55,761 bases of DNA, taken from contig JBJOMQ010000005.1 of assembly GCA_046052275.1 (NCBI GenBank), forward strand, positions 1 through 55,761, in the 5' to 3' direction. The translations under genes were made by a program, and so were the position numbers. Below, in pieces: positions 53,035 to 55,761 of the stretch. The notes under the pieces were generated by a model that made no database searches, was not told where the DNA came from, and saw only the letters and a list, made by a program, of their open reading frames with translations. Within the stretch, counting starts at the first letter, position 1. Each line of letters opens with the position of its first letter. This stretch comes from Actinomycetota bacterium. Its GTDB lineage: Bacteria > Actinomycetota > Acidimicrobiia > Acidimicrobiales > Ilumatobacteraceae.

Positions 53035-54543
53035 ATGCGCTGTCCGTCATGCGCTGCTGACGTCGAGGCCACACACCGCTTCTGCCATCAGTGCGCTGCC
53101 CCGCTGGGCAGCTCCCTGCCGCCGGACGAGTCGTCGGCATCGTCGCCCATCAACGTCGTGCCGCTGTCGCTGCTCGGCGTCACCGAGCCCGAGATCGCTC
53201 CGAGCCTGCCCTCCCGATCGGTTGCCCCCGACGTCACGCCGCCTGCGGCCACACCGCCGCTCGCTGCGCCACTGCTGGCGCCGCCGCCCACGTTCCAGCC
53301 GGTGCCGGGCGGCGTGCCGCAGCCACAGCCGACCGCCGCGACCATCCCGCTCACGTCGTCGACCGCTGCGGTGCCCACAGTTCCGACGCAGCCGATCCCC
53401 CTGGCACAGACGCTGTCGCTCGGCGCGGCCGTCCCGGTCGTGGCCGACCCCACCCCGCAGTTCATCGGGTTCGACTCGAAGGGCGAACCGGTGCCGCCGC
53501 CACCGATGACGGTGGGAGAGCCGATCCTGTCGGCGACAGTGGCGACGGAGCCGGTGCCGGTGGTCGAGCAGACGCCCGCCGACGAATGGCTGGCAGCGAC
53601 GGCCGAACAGTCCGCCGTCACGGCTCGGAGCGGCTCGACTGCGGTGCTGCCCACTGTCGACGACCATCGCTTCCGCCTGACCACCCTCCTCGTGCTGGCG
53701 GTGCTCACCGGGGTGGTGGCGGTCTCTGCGGGAGTCCTCGACGTCGTGAGCTTCCTGGTCACCGGCACCGACTCGGCGGCCTCGACCCTCGTGATGGACG
53801 ATCTGTCGTCGAATCACCTCATCGGGATTGGTATCGGGGTGTTCCTCCTCCTGGTCGGAGCGGTTATCGGTGCCACTGGCCGCCGGTCGGGTGCTGGACT
53901 TGCGGGCGGCGCGTCGCTGGCGCTCGCCGGACTCATGGTGAACGCGGTTGGCCTTGGCGTCGATGCCCTCGATGAGGTCGAGGTGCGGTATCTCGCCACG
54001 CCCGGCAACACCATCACCTCAACCCGCGAGATCGGATTCTTCCTTGCCATAGGCGCTGCTGGCCTTGCCGGCCTTGCCTTCGCGGCATCCCTCGGCGCTG
54101 CCCGGGGTGGCGGTCGTCCGCGCATCGCCCTTGTGCTGCTCGGGATACTGGCCACGGGTGCTGCCGCCGCTGGCCCGCTCGTGCCGCTGCATGACGCGGT
54201 CTGGCTCGACAACTGGGCGCAGGAGGGCGTGCCTGATGCGACGCTGTGGCTTCGGCTGGCGACTCTTGCACTACTGCTCGTGGCGGGCATCACGGCGTTC
54301 TCGATCGGCGGTCGCTTCGGCGGCGCGATGGCACTTGGAGCCGTGTCGATCGGCGTCTTCCAGAGCATCACCTCATATCTCGAGATCGGTGATCTCCCGC
54401 TGGGCCTCGCCAACGGCAACTTCTTTGCGCCCGATGGAGGTCTCGAGGTCGAGCCGCACCTTGTCACTCTGGCGGGCCTGATGGCAGTGGTGCTGCTGGC
54501 GGTGGTCACCATCATGGTGCCCACTCGCCGCCGAGCCGCGTAG
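53035..54543 (+). CDS. Zinc-ribbon / Pro-rich linker / polytopic membrane protein (hypothetical)
   Basis: MRCPSCAADVEATHRFCHQCAAPLG zinc ribbon, about 150 aa of Pro/Ala/Thr-rich sequence, then about 8 hydrophobic helices. ATG 53017 is an alternative start. Confidence 0.6.
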   Translation: MRCPSCAADVEATHRFCHQCAAPLGSSLPPDESSASSPINVVPLSLLGVTEPEIAPSLPSRSVAPDVTPPAATPPLAAPLLAPPPTFQPVPGGVPQPQPTAATIPLTSSTAAVPTVPTQPIPLAQTLSLGAAVPVVADPTPQFIGFDSKGEPVPPPPMTVGEPILSATVATEPVPVVEQTPADEWLAATAEQSAVTARSGSTAVLPTVDDHRFRLTTLLVLAVLTGVVAVSAGVLDVVSFLVTGTDSAASTLVMDDLSSNHLIGIGIGVFLLLVGAVIGATGRRSGAGLAGGASLALAGLMVNAVGLGVDALDEVEVRYLATPGNTITSTREIGFFLAIGAAGLAGLAFAASLGAARGGGRPRIALVLLGILATGAAAAGPLVPLHDAVWLDNWAQEGVPDATLWLRLATLALLLVAGITAFSIGGRFGGAMALGAVSIGVFQSITSYLEIGDLPLGLANGNFFAPDGGLEVEPHLVTLAGLMAVVLLAVVTIMVPTRRRAA

Positions 54544-54579
54544 GCGTCACGCCGTCATCGCCGCAATACGCTGCAGCCC

Positions 54580-55056
54580 ATGTCCGCCGATGCATCATCA
54601 GGGTCCGTGAAACAGCGCCTCCGCCAGGCGCTCGAGGTGGCGATGCGAGCGCGCGACGACGTGGCCCTCTCGTCGATCCGCCAGGCACTTGCAGCAATCG
54701 CAGTGGAGGAGACCGCCGGTGACGAGCAGGTGGTGCTCACCGACGCACAGGTGCTGAAGGTTCTGGCGAATGAGGTTCGCAAGCATCACGAGACCGCAGA
54801 CGCATTCGTCACGGCTGGCCGTCCCGACCGAGTCGAGCGGGCGCGGGCCGAGGCCGCCGTGCTCGAGGCGTACCTGCCCACAGCGCTCGACGACGGAGCG
54901 CTGCAGGCCGTGGTGGACGAGAAGGTGGCCGCGCTGGCTGGCGGCGATGGCATGAAGGCGATGGGCAAGGTGATCGCTGCCGTGCGCGAGGTAGCGGGGC
55001 CCACTGCCGACGGGGCGAAGATCGCTGCAATGGTGAAGCAGGCGCTCAGCCGCTGA
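54580..55056 (+). CDS. GatB/YqeY domain protein
   Basis: YqeY pattern: LKVLANEVRKHHETADAF, AEAAVLEAYLP and MGKVIAAVREVAGPTADGAKIAAMVKQAL. Confidence 0.85.
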   Translation: MSADASSGSVKQRLRQALEVAMRARDDVALSSIRQALAAIAVEETAGDEQVVLTDAQVLKVLANEVRKHHETADAFVTAGRPDRVERARAEAAVLEAYLPTALDDGALQAVVDEKVAALAGGDGMKAMGKVIAAVREVAGPTADGAKIAAMVKQALSR

Positions 55057-55074
55057 GGCCGAGCGGTGGTGCGC

Positions 55075-55761
55075 TCAGCGCGTCGCAGTCGTGAATGTCC
55101 ACCACGTGCCGGAATTCGCGACGGTGGCGCCTGCTGCATTCACGGCGCGTACCTGCCACTCGTAGCGGGTTCCCTTGAGAAGTCCGCTGAGCGACACGGA
55201 GCGGGCAGTCGATGTCGAGATCCACGTGCTACCGCATGTGCTGTTGACCGTCGTGTCGATGCAGTACTCGTAGCGCGTCGTGCCGGTGGCTGCGCTCCAT
55301 GAGAGCGACACTGCAGTCTTCACGCCTGTGGCACCGTTCTTCGGCGATGACTTGGCGAACGAGCCGGGGTACGGACTCGCATTGACTGTCAGCGTGAGCT
55401 GCTTGGCTGCCGATCCGGTGGCGCCGGGTGCGGTATCGACCGCGGTGACGCTGAACGTGGAGGTGCCAGACGTGGTGGGCGTTCCGCTCAGCACCCCAGC
55501 TGACGACAGCGAGATGCCTGCTGGCAGTGTGCCCGCCGACACCGACCAGCCGTACATTCCACTGCCGCCAGTAGCGGTGAGGGTGGTGCTGTACGGATCG
55601 CCGACGGTTGCATTCGGCAGGCTCGATGTCGTCACGGCGACAGGTCCGGGCGCCGTGCTGTCACTGCATCGATACGCAGACAGCGACTGCACGCTCGATT
55701 GGTTGTGCGAGATCAGGGTGCCCATCTCGCCGTCGGGGCTCTCGACGCCGACCGTGGCCGA
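55075..55761 (-). CDS. Partial (5' end outside window) surface protein with putative Ig-like and fibronectin type III domains
   Basis: GTLPAGISLSSAGVLSGTPTTSGTSTFSVTAVD (putative Ig/dystroglycan-like repeat) and an FN3-like C-terminus (RYEYCID...GTRYEWQVRAVNAAG). The frame stays open to the window edge. Confidence 0.6.
   Translation of the reverse strand, partial: SATVGVESPDGEMGTLISHNQSSVQSLSAYRCSDSTAPGPVAVTTSSLPNATVGDPYSTTLTATGGSGMYGWSVSAGTLPAGISLSSAGVLSGTPTTSGTSTFSVTAVDTAPGATGSAAKQLTLTVNASPYPGSFAKSSPKNGATGVKTAVSLSWSAATGTTRYEYCIDTTVNSTCGSTWISTSTARSVSLSGLLKGTRYEWQVRAVNAAGATVANSGTWWTFTTATR

Noticed and set aside
1-55761. Search for CRISPR arrays, transposases, integrases, toxin-antitoxin pairs or known defence systems
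   Set aside because: No spaced direct repeats, no IS-type inverted repeats and no recombinase, nuclease or helicase motifs were seen. Apart from the frameshifted methyltransferase, the window reads as core chromosome.

Overview
High-GC (about 67-68%) actinobacterial chromosome segment, possibly Acidimicrobiia-like, that starts in the partition locus. Four copies of a 16-bp parS-like palindrome precede parA-parB. The classic actinobacterial syntenic block follows: cwlM-like amidase, trxA, trxB, ECF sigma plus anti-sigma, an Rv3909-like secreted protein and the CCA-adding enzyme. An active-looking Ser/Thr kinase sits where MurJ/MviN normally is. The rest is mostly housekeeping and metabolic genes. 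These include kynureninase, a CoA-transferase, a GH38 mannosidase, M20 peptidases, an amidase, coaA, map, pheA, larB-larC, a DsbB-like/TlpA-like thiol-redox pair, a rhodanese, an ABC ATPase, an MFS pump, an L,D-transpeptidase, GluQ-RS, YqeY and one tRNA-Ser(TGA). The most notable locus is a monocistronic microbial rhodopsin (DTE motif, proteorhodopsin/xanthorhodopsin/actinorhodopsin type, 49897-50607). It is transcribed divergently from a membrane-anchored GGDEF-EAL protein across a 286-nt intergenic region that contains short direct repeats and nested helices. Other points worth a second look: a frameshifted orphan N6-adenine DNA methyltransferase; a cwlM-like gene whose domain extends upstream of any canonical start codon into a CTGA overlap with trxA; an orphan WXG100 protein; an MBL-Rieske fusion; and a low-GC patch upstream of a TetR gene. 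I saw no CRISPR array, transposase, integrase or obvious defence island. Because of the GC content, many long ORFs in the six-frame track are spurious. All product calls come from motif recognition by eye, not from database searches.
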